In this document: piece by piece, positions 21,253 to 33,700 of the stretch
How the letters are laid out: each line of letters starts with the position of its first letter
How positions within the stretch are numbered: the stretch's first letter is position 1
NCBI GenBank assembly: GCA_020184695.1
Contig: JAANOX010000022.1
Location: forward strand, 64,150 to 128,149
Length of the DNA stretch: 64,000 nucleotides
From: Histomonas meleagridis 2922-C6/04-290x
Lineage: Eukaryota; Protista; Parabasalia
Direction of reading: 5' to 3'
Translations under genes and position numbers: made by a program
Notes under the pieces: generated by a model
What the model saw: the letters and a program-made list of their open reading frames with translations, nothing else
Told to the model about the DNA's origin: nothing
Database searches by the model: none

Positions 21253-22190
21253 ATGGAAAAAGGAAGGCCAACTCAACCCTGTCAATTTTCATGAACGATA
21301 TGCATATTTTTCAATGAGGTTTAGTTCGACCAAATAAAAGTTGAAACCATTTTCTCTTTGCTGCACTTGTACAAGCAGTTTGATAGTATAAAATTCATAT
21401 AATTAATAATAAGTTGTGTTTAATATGTCAAATAAATTAATTTATTGAAAATGTAAAAATAAATTTGATATCGAATACAGCAAATTTTTTATGATTACTA
21501 AAAGCGTTTCGTTTGCTGCGAATGCGAATACAATTAAACTCACGAAATTCAGTGTGCAATTGCTCATAGCTCATAAATATACAAACAATACTTAGTGACT
21601 CTTAACATTATTTTCAGTATGTAATCACATTATTTAAAAGCTCTGTATATGTCACTCATTCCAATTTTATTGCAGCTTTGTCAAGAAATCGAAACAAGTT
21701 ACAAACAAAAATGAATTTCACAAATGGCATTCACCTTCACAGTTCAGTACATTTGCTAATTGTCAATTAATTTTCGCTCATTTCCCTCAGACTGGTCACA
21801 GTGTATCGAACTTTTCGTCAGTGTACATTTCTCTCGGCAGAACATTGAGCACGCGCGCCACTGTCTGATTGGTACATTCCCTTCCATCAACTTCATCGAG
21901 ATGTCATGCGCATGTTCTCATTCTTGACTTCGATCGAATCGATAATTTCTCAAAAAGCATGAAAAAATTGAAATTCCTGTGGATAAGGATAAGGATTATT
22001 ATGGCACAACCGAAATCAAATAATATGAAAAGAGAATTATCAATGACAAACTTAAATTGTCAGGAATATATTTATATAGCGAAGAAGCATGCGAAATGAA
22101 TATTTCCAAAAGTAAAAATAATTCCACATTTGTTATAATGAAAAATATTATCCACAAATAATAAAAAAATCAAAGAGAACATAATAATAT

Positions 22191-23057
22191 TCACAACGAC
22201 AGTTCTTTGAACACTGGGTACGACAATGCCTCTTTTGCTGTGATGCGCTTTGCCGGATTCAACTGAAGCAAGTCTTCCAACAATTGGCACAAATCGTTTC
22301 CGACGTTTCCTAACTGCGAACGTATTCCTTGTCCAACTATTGGCGACACAGATTTCGGAAATCTTTTAAACGAACGTACTTCGGGCCAATATTCATTTGT
22401 TGGCGTACCGAATATTCGGAACATTTCAATGATTTGTTCTTCGTCATCGTTATAAGGGAACAATGGAACGCCAGTGATCATTTCGGAAATGACACATCCG
22501 ACACTCCATATATCGGCGGACAAGTCGTATTTCTCAGATTTCATCAATATTTCGGGCGATCGATACCATTGTGTGACGACTTCATGTGATAAAACTGAAT
22601 CAGGAATATTCATAATTCGTGATAACCCAAAATCACATAGTTTTAAACATTTAAATTCAGTTATTAATATGTTTTGTGGCTTAATGTCTCGATGAATTAT
22701 GTTTTTACTATGGATGTAATTAATAGCTTTAAGTAGTTGATATGAAAATGAGATGATTTCGGAGTGTGATAACTTCATATTCTTGAATTTCATATAACGT
22801 TTTAAATCATATTTGCAATATTCGAAAATTATAATTATTTGATTTTCTTCACTTTTAACTTCCTTTAATTCAACTATGTTTCTATGTTTTAATCTTTTTA
22901 GTATAGATATTTCTCTTAATGTTGTGCATGGAATTCCTTCTTTTAAACTACTAATTTGTATCTTTTTAACAGCAACAACTTCACCAGTTTCATCATTTTT
23001 CATCTTATACACTTTCCCATACGTTCCTTGTCCAATTAAAACAACGTCATTATCCAT
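22191..23057 (-). CDS. Cyclin-dependent kinase (CMGC), PSTAIRE variant PCTTLRE
   Basis: GQGTYG, VAVKK, EGIPCTTLREIS, HRDIKPQN, DFG, HEVVTQWYRSPE. Confidence 0.93.
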   Translation of the reverse strand: MDNDVVLIGQGTYGKVYKMKNDETGEVVAVKKIQISSLKEGIPCTTLREISILKRLKHRNIVELKEVKSEENQIIIIFEYCKYDLKRYMKFKNMKLSHSEIISFSYQLLKAINYIHSKNIIHRDIKPQNILITEFKCLKLCDFGLSRIMNIPDSVLSHEVVTQWYRSPEILMKSEKYDLSADIWSVGCVISEMITGVPLFPYNDDEEQIIEMFRIFGTPTNEYWPEVRSFKRFPKSVSPIVGQGIRSQLGNVGNDLCQLLEDLLQLNPAKRITAKEALSYPVFKELSL

Positions 23058-23145
23058 TTAATGAAAAAAATGTTTTGTACATCAAAATCATTTCAAGTGC
23101 CACTTTTCTTCGAAACAAAGATTCACAAATAAACGTATTTTTTGC

Positions 23146-23682
23146 ATGGATGAAATCGAACAATTAAGATTACAAAGATATCGAACTGCACAATTAATAT
23201 TTGATCAAGAATTTCTGGAAGACAAAAACCAACTAATGTTTATTCAAACAATGAACCAAGAAAATTTAAGGATTCTTGAACTAGAAGAACAGTATCAAAA
23301 TGGGAAAATTGCTTTTGAAAATGCAATAAAAGAAATCGAAAAGAAAATCGATAACATTGAAGCAAGAGCCAAATCCTCTTCAATAGAAATCGAGAAACTT
23401 GAAAATTACATCGACAAATATGATCGCATCATATCCAATCAAAAAACGCTCAGCAAAAACGGAATGAAAGAAGACAGAGCCACTTTTACGCAAGCAACGA
23501 AATTATTAAATGACCGAATTCAACAGATACAATCGAATTTGGAGCAAATTGAAGAAAGAATTAATTCCTTTGAACAGAAGTCAGTTCTCTCTAATCCGGA
23601 AGCGCAAGAACTGTATTTGCAACTCGTTTCTCTCTTAAATGCACAAGAAAAAGAACTTCGTTCGTTGTCTCACAAAACGTGA
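23146..23682 (+). CDS. Hypothetical coiled-coil protein
   Basis: 178-aa ORF with heptad-rich composition. Confidence 0.65.
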   Translation: MDEIEQLRLQRYRTAQLIFDQEFLEDKNQLMFIQTMNQENLRILELEEQYQNGKIAFENAIKEIEKKIDNIEARAKSSSIEIEKLENYIDKYDRIISNQKTLSKNGMKEDRATFTQATKLLNDRIQQIQSNLEQIEERINSFEQKSVLSNPEAQELYLQLVSLLNAQEKELRSLSHKT

Positions 23683-23903
23683 ACGATCACAAAAAACTGT
23701 TTATTTTTGAAAAATTCGATAAAGCATGCCAAGCTGTCAATTGACCGGAACTTGTAAACCGTTACTGCCACACAAAAATTACTTTTTTTGAGGGGGTCTA
23801 TTCATTTGCCACCAAATTTTTTGAATGAGGGGAAAACTGCAACTCATTCATTTAAATTTGAACGGTTCAACTGAGGTTTTTGTTAGGGGTTGTACAACCT
23901 CAA

Positions 23904-26900
23904 ATGTTGTATCTGGTTGCATTCCTCTTCCTTATTGACAAGTTATCATTTGATACATCGATAAATGGGCGAATTACTATGCAAAAGTCGAATAAGCAAA
24001 TCAATTCATATACTAATGGTTGGTATTATATTTGGATTCAAAACAAATCAAATACTGATATCAAACAATACCTTAAATTAGAGGCGTCTAATATGGTATA
24101 CAATGGAGTCTACAAACAATATTTGACAATTTCAGATATAAATTATCTGAAAGATAAAGCAGTATTACGTATGATAACTCCAAGCGAAAAAATCGCATCG
24201 GTATCAGAGCACCTTATAGTCCATACCTCCAAAAACGCCCAATTAAACATATCAAATCCAATCGATAAAATATCCGATACTTCATACATCGTTACGACGA
24301 CAACACCAACTGAAACTGCCCAAATCCTTTCAGAGATACCCGAAGTCATATCTATCATATCACAACCCAAACCAATTCCATGCAATTACGTCACCAGTGG
24401 CTATGTTCAAAAGCGCCAATCACCAGTATTCGATGAAACTTATCAACGTTACATAGTTCCAACATATCTATCACAATATGGCATCACCGGATCTGGCCAA
24501 GTCATCACCGTTTTGGACTCTCCGATTGATTGGCTTCACACCATGTTTTATGATGACTATGACGATGGCATTCTTGGTCTTAATTCTATGTTTAACAAAG
24601 TTCTTAGCGATCATCGAAAATTTTCATATTATAACACACAGCATTGCGTTGGTCAATTTGTATCAACATCGACTGACACATTTCGATCATTAGAGATGGG
24701 ATATGATTCACATGGTACACATGTTGCAGGCTCATTAGCAGGCAAAGCTTATGATTCTAAGTCATCAATTTCAGCATTTAATGGCGTAGCACCAGATGCA
24801 AAGATTGCGTACTTTGGATCATTAAGTTCATGTAATGACTTCTTTAGATATCCGACTAGAATCCCTACGACAATGGAAAGTGTTGGGTCATATATTAGTA
24901 CCAATAGTTGGGTATATGGATTTGATTATTATCTTCAAGGTGAAAATGATTATAATACATTAGCGACATCTGATTCATCAATATTATATGTATTTTCAGC
25001 CGGTAATTATGGAAGTTCTAATGCTGCATATTCTATAGGTTCTCCTTCTATTTGTTGTAACATATTAACTGTCGGCGCGTTAGATATGATCAAAACAGAC
25101 AAAGATATAACTATCGAAATAACTACTGAAGATAATACGAAAATTGAAACCATCGAAATTGTTAGTAATTATCAAGCAGATACTTTTAATTATATTGATG
25201 CAAAACTTTTACTTTATAACGCTGATAATAGTCAACCACCAAATTCTATTTATTCTGTAGCATATGTTGATGGTACAAGTTGGCAACGAGTAGATACACA
25301 AACTGTATATAGTTTCTTCAATAAGATTTTGGCAGTATATAATCAACAAAGTGTTAAAACAATGATAATATATAGTACAAATAATATAATGACGGATTTG
25401 TTAAATGCTGGTGGTATTACTCATGGATCATTATGTTTAATATATTGTTCAGATTCAAAAATCAAAAATTATATTGGACAAAATATAACATTAAAGAAAG
25501 TTACATCAGGAGTCGAAATTAAAAATGATTCATTAGAAAGAGCTTCATATTCTTCAATGGGTCCAACACTTAAAGGTATATTAAAACCTGATGTAGTTGC
25601 ACCAGGTACAAGTATAATGAGTGCAGCATCACAAGTTTTAGCAACTAATAATCATGGAAGTGATGACGTACCATCAGAATTACATTCGATTGTAATAATG
25701 CAAGGAACTTCTATGTCTACGCCAGTTGTTTCAGGTTCTTTAGCTTTAATTAGACAATATTTCACTGATAAGAAATATTTGGATACAGAAATTCAACCAC
25801 ATTCTACTTTAATACGTGCATGTATAATTAATTCCGCTGTAAGTAATCAGAAAACTCCAAATAATATGATAGGTCATGGATCTATCGATTTATCAACACT
25901 TTTACCTGTTAATGAAGACGAAAATAAAGAATTTGGATTAAGAATTAGTGAAACATTTGAAATTAAAGGTAAGAAACATTATTCTTCAAAGATTACTATT
26001 AATAATAATAAGAAACCTTTAAAGATTACAATGTCTTATATGGATACTGTTATATCAATTGATTCATTAATACCTATTTATAATGATTTAGATTTAGTGG
26101 TTATATCTAATACAGGAGAAATATTTTATGGTAATCATAAAAGTAATAATCAAGAAGAACATTTAACAACAAATGAAAAAGTAATTATAAATACTGATGA
26201 ATTAAATATCGGTGAATATACTATACATATATTTAGTAATGAAGTTTGTGATACACAAGTTTCTGTTGTTGTTAATGGTCCATTTAATCATAATGATGTA
26301 ACTACAAATCAAAAGTATTTAACTTTCCAAGAAGATTCAAAATGTATAGCAAAATCACTTGGTACATGTGATAATGGTGTAATGAAATGTGTTGGTCCAT
26401 ATAATGGTAACTTATGTCAAACAGAATTAAAGTCATTAAAGAGAGGTTCGGTGGATTATACAATACCAGAAAATGGTTTAATGTATTTCATTGTTTCTTC
26501 AAATAATGTAAAGTCTGCATCGATTAAAATTTCAACAACGTCAGGTTGTAACTTAACAAATTATGTAACAATTTGGATATTAGAAACTAATGGTATGAGT
26601 CCATTAACATTTACTGATTATGATACACCAATTAGATTAACTAATGATAGTCCTTCTTATTCTTTCGATCTAAATCTTGATGTTACCAATACTTACTTCA
26701 TGATATTCAACAATAACAATAAAAGTAATGAATATGTCATAGAATATAACGTTGATTATATTGTTGAACCTTCCGAAGAAGAAGAAGAAACTCAAATTTC
26801 ATCAGAACATCAAACGAAATCAAGCATTGAAAAATCTGAAATTGAACAGAGCGGTATTGAAAAGTCTGAAATTGAACAGAGCGGTATTGAAAAGTCTGAA

Positions 26901-27143
26901 GCTGAATCACGCACTGATACTAATACTAATACTGGTGCTGTGTCACCTATCGATCAAAATACTTCATACTTAAGTGATAAAGGTAATAGAAATGGTTTCT
27001 CCGTGTTCGGATTAGAAGAAACTTTGTCTATAATGATAATAGTTTTAATTGTAGGTGTGGTGTTTGTGTTAATTGTTTCAATTATTGTGGTCTCTGTTTT
27101 GTCTAAAAAGAATAATAGTGTAAGTAGTTTCTCAGGACCTTAA
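23904..27143 (+). CDS. Membrane-anchored subtilisin-like serine protease (S8)
   Basis: Catalytic D (VLDSPID), H (HGTHVAG), oxyanion N (SAGN) and S (GTSMSTP); LKPDVVAPG; N-terminal hydrophobic leader and C-terminal TM helix. Confidence 0.9.
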   Translation: MLYLVAFLFLIDKLSFDTSINGRITMQKSNKQINSYTNGWYYIWIQNKSNTDIKQYLKLEASNMVYNGVYKQYLTISDINYLKDKAVLRMITPSEKIASVSEHLIVHTSKNAQLNISNPIDKISDTSYIVTTTTPTETAQILSEIPEVISIISQPKPIPCNYVTSGYVQKRQSPVFDETYQRYIVPTYLSQYGITGSGQVITVLDSPIDWLHTMFYDDYDDGILGLNSMFNKVLSDHRKFSYYNTQHCVGQFVSTSTDTFRSLEMGYDSHGTHVAGSLAGKAYDSKSSISAFNGVAPDAKIAYFGSLSSCNDFFRYPTRIPTTMESVGSYISTNSWVYGFDYYLQGENDYNTLATSDSSILYVFSAGNYGSSNAAYSIGSPSICCNILTVGALDMIKTDKDITIEITTEDNTKIETIEIVSNYQADTFNYIDAKLLLYNADNSQPPNSIYSVAYVDGTSWQRVDTQTVYSFFNKILAVYNQQSVKTMIIYSTNNIMTDLLNAGGITHGSLCLIYCSDSKIKNYIGQNITLKKVTSGVEIKNDSLERASYSSMGPTLKGILKPDVVAPGTSIMSAASQVLATNNHGSDDVPSELHSIVIMQGTSMSTPVVSGSLALIRQYFTDKKYLDTEIQPHSTLIRACIINSAVSNQKTPNNMIGHGSIDLSTLLPVNEDENKEFGLRISETFEIKGKKHYSSKITINNNKKPLKITMSYMDTVISIDSLIPIYNDLDLVVISNTGEIFYGNHKSNNQEEHLTTNEKVIINTDELNIGEYTIHIFSNEVCDTQVSVVVNGPFNHNDVTTNQKYLTFQEDSKCIAKSLGTCDNGVMKCVGPYNGNLCQTELKSLKRGSVDYTIPENGLMYFIVSSNNVKSASIKISTTSGCNLTNYVTIWILETNGMSPLTFTDYDTPIRLTNDSPSYSFDLNLDVTNTYFMIFNNNNKSNEYVIEYNVDYIVEPSEEEEETQISSEHQTKSSIEKSEIEQSGIEKSEIEQSGIEKSEAESRTDTNTNTGAVSPIDQNTSYLSDKGNRNGFSVFGLEETLSIMIIVLIVGVVFVLIVSIIVVSVLSKKNNSVSSFSGP
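26826..26900 (+). repeat. 30-bp coding tandem repeat (IEKSEIEQSG x2.5) in the protease stalk
   Basis: ATTGAAAA(A/G)TCTGAAATTGAACAGAGCGGT repeated in frame. Confidence 0.9.
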
Positions 27144-27359
27144 ATAAATAACGAGACGTTTTAGTAATTAATTGTTTCCTTTGATAAATAAAACCATTTT
27201 TTTTTCTTTAAGAAATGTTTTAATAAAAATTTAAATTTTAAAAATCCTAATTTAGAATTTCTAAAAAAAAATTTCTCGCTAACAATGAAACTTCAAATAT
27301 TTCGGCACTTTTATATCAATATCAGAAATCGATTTGAAAGATATATCAAAAAACTCAAA

Positions 27360-28520
27360 ATGGAATTAACGGTTTCGATTGCACTTTTTCGTAAACTCAT
27401 ACTCGAACGTTATTGGCAAATGGGGGATTCTATGAAAGTTTTCAGCAAAAAAAATCATTCCAAGATTTTTAACTGTACAATAACTGTCGAAAAAGGTCAC
27501 GAAAGAATGGTTCATATTTTAACATCATCTTTTTATTTTGATGTTGTTTCTAATCATTGGGGAAAAATCCTTTATCATATAACAACAGAGCACTTTGTTT
27601 CAGTATCATACAAGGGGAAAGTTGTTACCATTGTTTATGATGGTAAATCAACTCTAAAGCTAACTTGTCAAACATGTGATAAAGCAATTAAACTTGTAGA
27701 TGCACTTCAACTTGAGCCAGCAGAGACTCCTCCTACGCCACGAGAAGTTTATGCCACCACCAAAGTTCTTACTCAACTCAATCTTGAACCCGATGAAGTT
27801 ACTAAAATCAATTCAGAACTCACCACTCTTATCACAAAGCTTCTCAACAAGATTGACAATTCGGTGGCCTTCAATCCATGTTTTTCTGACATTCTTTCCT
27901 GTGTATATCGTATTCGATTTCCCCGTGGAGACATAAACAAAAATATATCCTCACTTAAGTCAGAGCTTTATTTATATTTTCTTCTTTTATTTGTAAACTC
28001 TTTAGAACGTGCATCCCAACTTAAATCCAGTCGAGATTATCTCATACGAATTGTCGGTAATTTAGGTAATACCATTTCTATTATAGCCGACGATCTTCGT
28101 ATCAACGTCAAGCATCTTTTGGGCGCATGTAACCTCTACTGCGAGGGAGGTAGCGTTGCGGGAATCTACAACGAAAGCAAAAAGTTGCAGGTGACCGTTA
28201 TGGAGAAATTTGCTGACGAACGAAAAGATTTAGAAATTAAGGATTTCACACTGATAGATAAGATCTTTTCGATAGCCGTGATGGTTATTTGCGGAGGACT
28301 TGCTGGCGTATATCAATTTAGCATTGATACACTCACAAAAGAAATTGTTGAATACGTCTGCTCAATAAGGTCCGGAAGAATAACGGAAACAAGCAAGCTC
28401 GACTTGCAAATGAAAATATTCGCTGGAGATATGTTGAGATGTTGTAATGAGACAAGATATGAGCCAGAATTCCAATATGTGTTTGCAATATGGGTATTGA
28501 TAGGCGAGCCAATAAATTGA
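27360..28520 (+). CDS. Hypothetical protein
   Basis: Long ORF; ATG at 27360 (or 27285); no recognised domain. Confidence 0.65.
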   Translation: MELTVSIALFRKLILERYWQMGDSMKVFSKKNHSKIFNCTITVEKGHERMVHILTSSFYFDVVSNHWGKILYHITTEHFVSVSYKGKVVTIVYDGKSTLKLTCQTCDKAIKLVDALQLEPAETPPTPREVYATTKVLTQLNLEPDEVTKINSELTTLITKLLNKIDNSVAFNPCFSDILSCVYRIRFPRGDINKNISSLKSELYLYFLLLFVNSLERASQLKSSRDYLIRIVGNLGNTISIIADDLRINVKHLLGACNLYCEGGSVAGIYNESKKLQVTVMEKFADERKDLEIKDFTLIDKIFSIAVMVICGGLAGVYQFSIDTLTKEIVEYVCSIRSGRITETSKLDLQMKIFAGDMLRCCNETRYEPEFQYVFAIWVLIGEPIN

Positions 28521-28795
28521 AATTATTTAGTAAAATTTTATTTATTTGCAAATAAAAAAGATGTTATAATGTGATGCGCAGTCATTCTTCCCTAATTGTT
28601 TTCTAAGAAATAAATGATTGAATTGAGGATTAATTTAATTTGATTTTTCATAATTGATCTTCAAAAAGGAAAAATGTAGAACTTAAAGTAATTAAATTTA
28701 TGCGATTTTTAAGAAAAAGTGTTGAAGAATTGAAACATTTTTGGTTTTATTATCGTGTTCCACGGTTATATGATATGTATGTATAAAATATCAAC

Positions 28796-29715
28796 ACAGC
28801 GCTTATTTTTGCATCTGATTGTGGTAATATTGAAATAGTAAAATTACTTCTTGAACAAAAAAGAATTGATATTAATGCTAAAAACATTTATATCTTTAAT
28901 TTAAAATAATTTATTTTAATAATTTTTTGTTTCAAAATAATATTTGGAAATCATACAAATTATTTAAAACAGCACTTATGTTAGCATCTGAAAATGGTCA
29001 TATAGAAATAGTTAAATTACTTCTTGAACAAAAAAGAAATGATATTAATGTAAAAGATATATATTTACTTTGAATGATATTTATTATTAAAATTTGATGT
29101 GTCAAGATAATATTTAGAAATATTTTAAAATATTTGGTAATACATTTCTTGTTGAATCTAAACTTAATCATATTGATATAGTTAAATTACTAAAAGAACA
29201 AAAAGAGTTTAATGTTAATGTTAAAGATATTTTTTTGTTTTATTTATGATTTCTTTTGATAATTTTATGAGATTTATAACTAATATATGGAAATTATTTA
29301 AATAATTTGATACATCACTTATTAATGTAACGAAAAAAGATCATCCAGAAATAGTTTAATTGCTTCTTTTACACAAACAAATTGATGTTAATGGGCAAAA
29401 TATTTGTATGTTTTATATAATATTCATTTAAATAATTTGATATTTAATCGTCAAATTTGGGAATTATTTAAATAGTTTTGTATCATTAATGAGAGCAACT
29501 AAAAATTGTTGTACAGAATTAGTTAAATTATTCATTAATCAAAAAGGAATTGATGTAAATATCAAAGATTTTTATTTGGTCAATATAATGTATATTTAAA
29601 TGTTTTAATGTTTTTAAATATTAATTGGAAATAAAACAAAATATTTCAAACAGCACTTGATATAGCAAAATCAAAAGGAAAGCAAGAAATTATCGAATTA
29701 CTTCAAATGGAATAA
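28796..29715 (+). pseudogene. Ankyrin-repeat array, five 30-codon repeats plus a terminal cap, each separated by an 80/83-nt AT-rich spacer
   Basis: Blocks TALIFASDCGNIEIVKLLLEQKRIDINAKN (28796), TALMLASENGHIEIV... (28969), NTFLVESKLNH... (29139), TSLINVTKKDHPEIV*LL... (29312), VSLMRATKN... (29480) and TALDIAKSKGKQEIIELLQME* (29650-29715). Spacers 83, 80, 83, 78 and 80 nt. Confidence 0.85.
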
Positions 29716-30027
29716 TCTCATTTTTAGATAATTGCTTCACATAACAAATATTTAATTTTCCCAATGAATTTATCAAAATCTTTCTTTTCCTTGTTGTTTC
29801 AAGAATATTTTGGGTTTAATTATTCTTTTAAGCGCATATTAAAAAGTATTAATAAAGGAGATTCGAAAACATTTCGTGCAAAACTCCCACAAATTTTAAC
29901 GATTATTTTTGTCTCAAAAACTTGTATTGTAAATGTTCAAGTTTAGCATATTTTGCCGGTGATGATTGAAAATTGAAAGAATATAAAATCTCGATACAAT
30001 ACAAAAATTTCTTACTTCATTATTTTC

Positions 30028-30612
30028 ATGATTGATTGCAAAATTGTTGTATTCGGAGCAGGAGGTGTCGGTAAATCAGCTCTAATGATACAATTTGTTC
30101 AAGGATATTTTGTATCTGATTATGATCCAACAATTGAAGATTCATATAAACGTGTTATAATTGTTGATGACGAAAAAATACAACTTGATATTCTTGATAC
30201 AGCAGGACAAGATGACTTTGCACCAATGCGTATCACATACATGAGATCAGGAAAAGGTTTTATTATTGTTTATTCCATTGATGATCGTTCTTCATTTGAA
30301 GAAGTTCAAGAATTTTATGATGCACTTGTTCGAACAAAAGTAACAAAGAATATTCCAATTGTTATATGTGGAAACAAGTGCGATTTAGAAGATAAGCGTG
30401 TTGTTAGTAAAATAGAAGGACAAGAGCTTGCAAAAAAATTAGGTGCAGTGTTCTTTGAAACATCAGCATTTCTTGACAAGAACATTGATGAAACATTTAC
30501 TGAACTTGTCAGAGCAATTAATAAGTCATTTTGCTTCAAGCAAAATCAAGAAACAAAAGTTCAAAAGAAGAATAAGAAGAAGATAATTGCATCATGCTGC
30601 AACTTGATTTAA
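30028..30612 (+). CDS. Ras-family small GTPase
   Basis: GAGGVGKS, YDPTIEDSY, DTAGQ, NKCD, ETSA; polybasic tail and CCNLI CaaX box. Confidence 0.95.
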   Translation: MIDCKIVVFGAGGVGKSALMIQFVQGYFVSDYDPTIEDSYKRVIIVDDEKIQLDILDTAGQDDFAPMRITYMRSGKGFIIVYSIDDRSSFEEVQEFYDALVRTKVTKNIPIVICGNKCDLEDKRVVSKIEGQELAKKLGAVFFETSAFLDKNIDETFTELVRAINKSFCFKQNQETKVQKKNKKKIIASCCNLI

Positions 30613-30764
30613 ATATTAAATAATCAATAAACGCGGATTTCAAAAAAAAAAAAAAATTTTATTAGATATTTTTATTAGATTTTTATATAAAAAGAAATAA
30701 AATTTAAATATTTTTTATATTTCTATAAAATACAAATACAAAAGAACTAATTAAACAACATTTA

Positions 30765-33700
30765 TTATTTACGTGATTTTCCGAACAAAAGTTCTTTTCT
30801 TCTTGAAGCAGCCTTATCTTGATTATCAGAGAGCCACAAGTTCAGTTCGTTTTCTTTACTACTTGGTAATTTTCCTAAACCCACCAAATGTTTCAAGAAC
30901 TGTGGTATTATATCTCTTGAAATATCTATAATCAATTTACTAATCAAAGTTTCGATATTTGCAGTTAAATCCTGATAAATAATACCATTAAACAAACCAT
31001 GGAATTCATTAATATCAGGAATCACATTATTTTCAGGGTTATGATATGACAAATTTAAAGTCACTGGTGTAATTTTAAAGTATCTTAATAAAAAGTTACT
31101 ATCGGCCCGATTGATCATCACTTTTAATTCTTTCGATTTATTCCCTTCCAAGAAAGAAGAATGATCAATCGTAATGATAGGTAAAACGCCATCATTTAAC
31201 AATATTCGTGGAAGTCTTATATCAGGTCTTTCAAAGCCGAACTTCATAGTTGGTTTTGAAGGCATTCCAATATCATTATTTAAAATAGATTTTATTAATA
31301 TACCAAAGAAAGTCGACTCATATATTACTATTGTTGGGTCCAAATTAATTTCGAAATGATTATAAAACTTTATACCTCCAATAGGTGGTTTAGATTTAGC
31401 TTGTATTCGTAATAATGGGGTTTTTACTTTGGGATCAACTCGATCTAACCAACGACTAAAGATTAAATTAGTTTTAGCTGATACACGTGCATCATTAATC
31501 TTTAAATCGTCAACTAATAACATCGAATTTGAAGATCCGTCGATTTTCTTTTCTTGTTGGAATGTTAAATCAGTAGAAACTAAGAAACAAATTGGGTTTT
31601 TAAGATTATCGAATAAGAATAATTGACATTTAGAGATGTAAGTATTAAATGTTATATTAAGTAATGAAACTTCTTGATTATTATTCGGATTATTATTACT
31701 ATTTGTTGTAATGTTTTTCTCGGATTTTATGGTCATTAACGCATGTGATATTTCTTGGATATATTGTTTAATACATGCAATGTCTTTAGGATTACAATTT
31801 AAACTAATGTTTTTAATGAAGGATTCTGCAATTAAGTTTTTATTATTGTTTAATTCGTTTTGATAAAAAATTACACGAATCCCTTCAATCATTCCAATCG
31901 ATGATTTAATTTCATTAATGTTTTGGATGAAATTATTTTCTGTTGATATTGTTATAGTTTCAACATCTAAATTCGCTGCAATTAAATCTAAAGTTTGATG
32001 GAATTTTATGTTGAATTTAATTGGTTGAATTACACATAATAATTTAATGTCATATAATAAAGACTCAAATAATATTTGGATACTATTAATGGTTAAATCT
32101 AAAAAGATTTCTTGGAATTTCTCTAAGATTGAATCAATGTTATTTTTCTCTTGTAATATATTATGATTATGAATTGCTTTTGAAGTAGTAACTACTTTTT
32201 GTGATGGAGTACGTGATAATAAATGTAAAAGTAATTCTTCTTTATTATTACTTTTACTAGTAATATTTTCATTATGATTTGTTTCTTTATTTTTATTATT
32301 ATTTTTATTCGTTTTGTTCATATCAGGAAGAAAATGTATAATCGCTTCAATAAATTCTTCGATATAACGAACAAATAATTGTGTTCCATAGATTTGTAAT
32401 GTATCGATTTTTATTACTAAATCTTTTCCATAATTAATTTCGGGATTAATAATTTTAGCAAATGTTGGTGAAGCATCTTCATAATTCTTCGAATAATATG
32501 ATAAATCAGTAGTATTTAATAATATTTGTGGCGATTTTAATGATACTTTAAACTCGACATTCGATTTAGGGTTTTTAGTTATGATTAAATTTAATGAAAA
32601 GTTAACTAATGTTAAATCAATTGATGTACCATAAATATTTTTAGTTTCAATTGGAAAACAATCGAAAATTCGAAATGAAAATGATGATGCATTATTTATA
32701 TGAAATATAAATATTAATTTTAAGTCACTTAAAAAATATAATTCTTGTTTTCGTCTATAAAGTTGTCCAAACTTTTTAGTATATACTTCATTAACTAAAG
32801 GTGAATCAAATAAATTTAATATCGGATCTATTAACCATAAGAAATGTGCTACGTCTAACATTGCAAAAGGTGATACTTCACCATTCGAATATTTTAATAT
32901 GAAATCAGTTGTTATAGCAGTTGCTCTAAAGTTTTTATATGTATCATAATTCGGATCATTAAATTGGTTAATATCAGCAATGAAATTATGTAACTTTTGA
33001 TTATTTAATGGAGTTTTAATTATAAATTTAACTTCTAAATCGAAATCACTAAAATGTAATAATTGTGGGCCATTATTACATCTAAAAAGATTAAATTCAT
33101 TTGAAGTTATATGATAAACTCCATTAATAATATTCGCCTTAAAATTAGTTAATGATAATATAGCTACATTCTTAAAGTCATCATAACGTTTACCGCCGAC
33201 GAAATTAAATTTAATATTATCAACTTGAAAATGATATCTCCCATGAAATACATAACGTAATTCATCCCACCATTTCAAACTTGGTGAAGGATCATATGGC
33301 TTAGGTATTAATGATGTAATTGAATCCACGAAATCATCGAATATTTTCATCATATTACCTCCAATATATATACCGAAGTCACCTAAATTAATATTTAAAT
33401 CACAATATAATTTAATGTCTGTAACTGTTCCTTTCGTAATGAATTCTTTACCTAATACTGTTATCGGTATATCAAGGAATTTTCCATCAGATATTTCACC
33501 AACTAATAATATTCCATTTAAGTTTAATTCTGATCCTTTAATAATTGGTTCTTTTAAGTTATAACAATTAATCGCTGCATCTTTTATGTTTACATTAATC
33601 TTTAAGCCTTCTAATGTCTCCCATTCTACATTAGGATATAATTCAGCTGTATTAGGATCAAATTCATGTAACATTTGAACTTTATTAACAACATTCCTTG

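Noticed and set aside
21747-21790. 44-nt intron GTACAT...CTCAG
   Set aside because: Splicing yields only short meaningless ORFs, and the branch-to-AG spacing does not match the intron at 39086.
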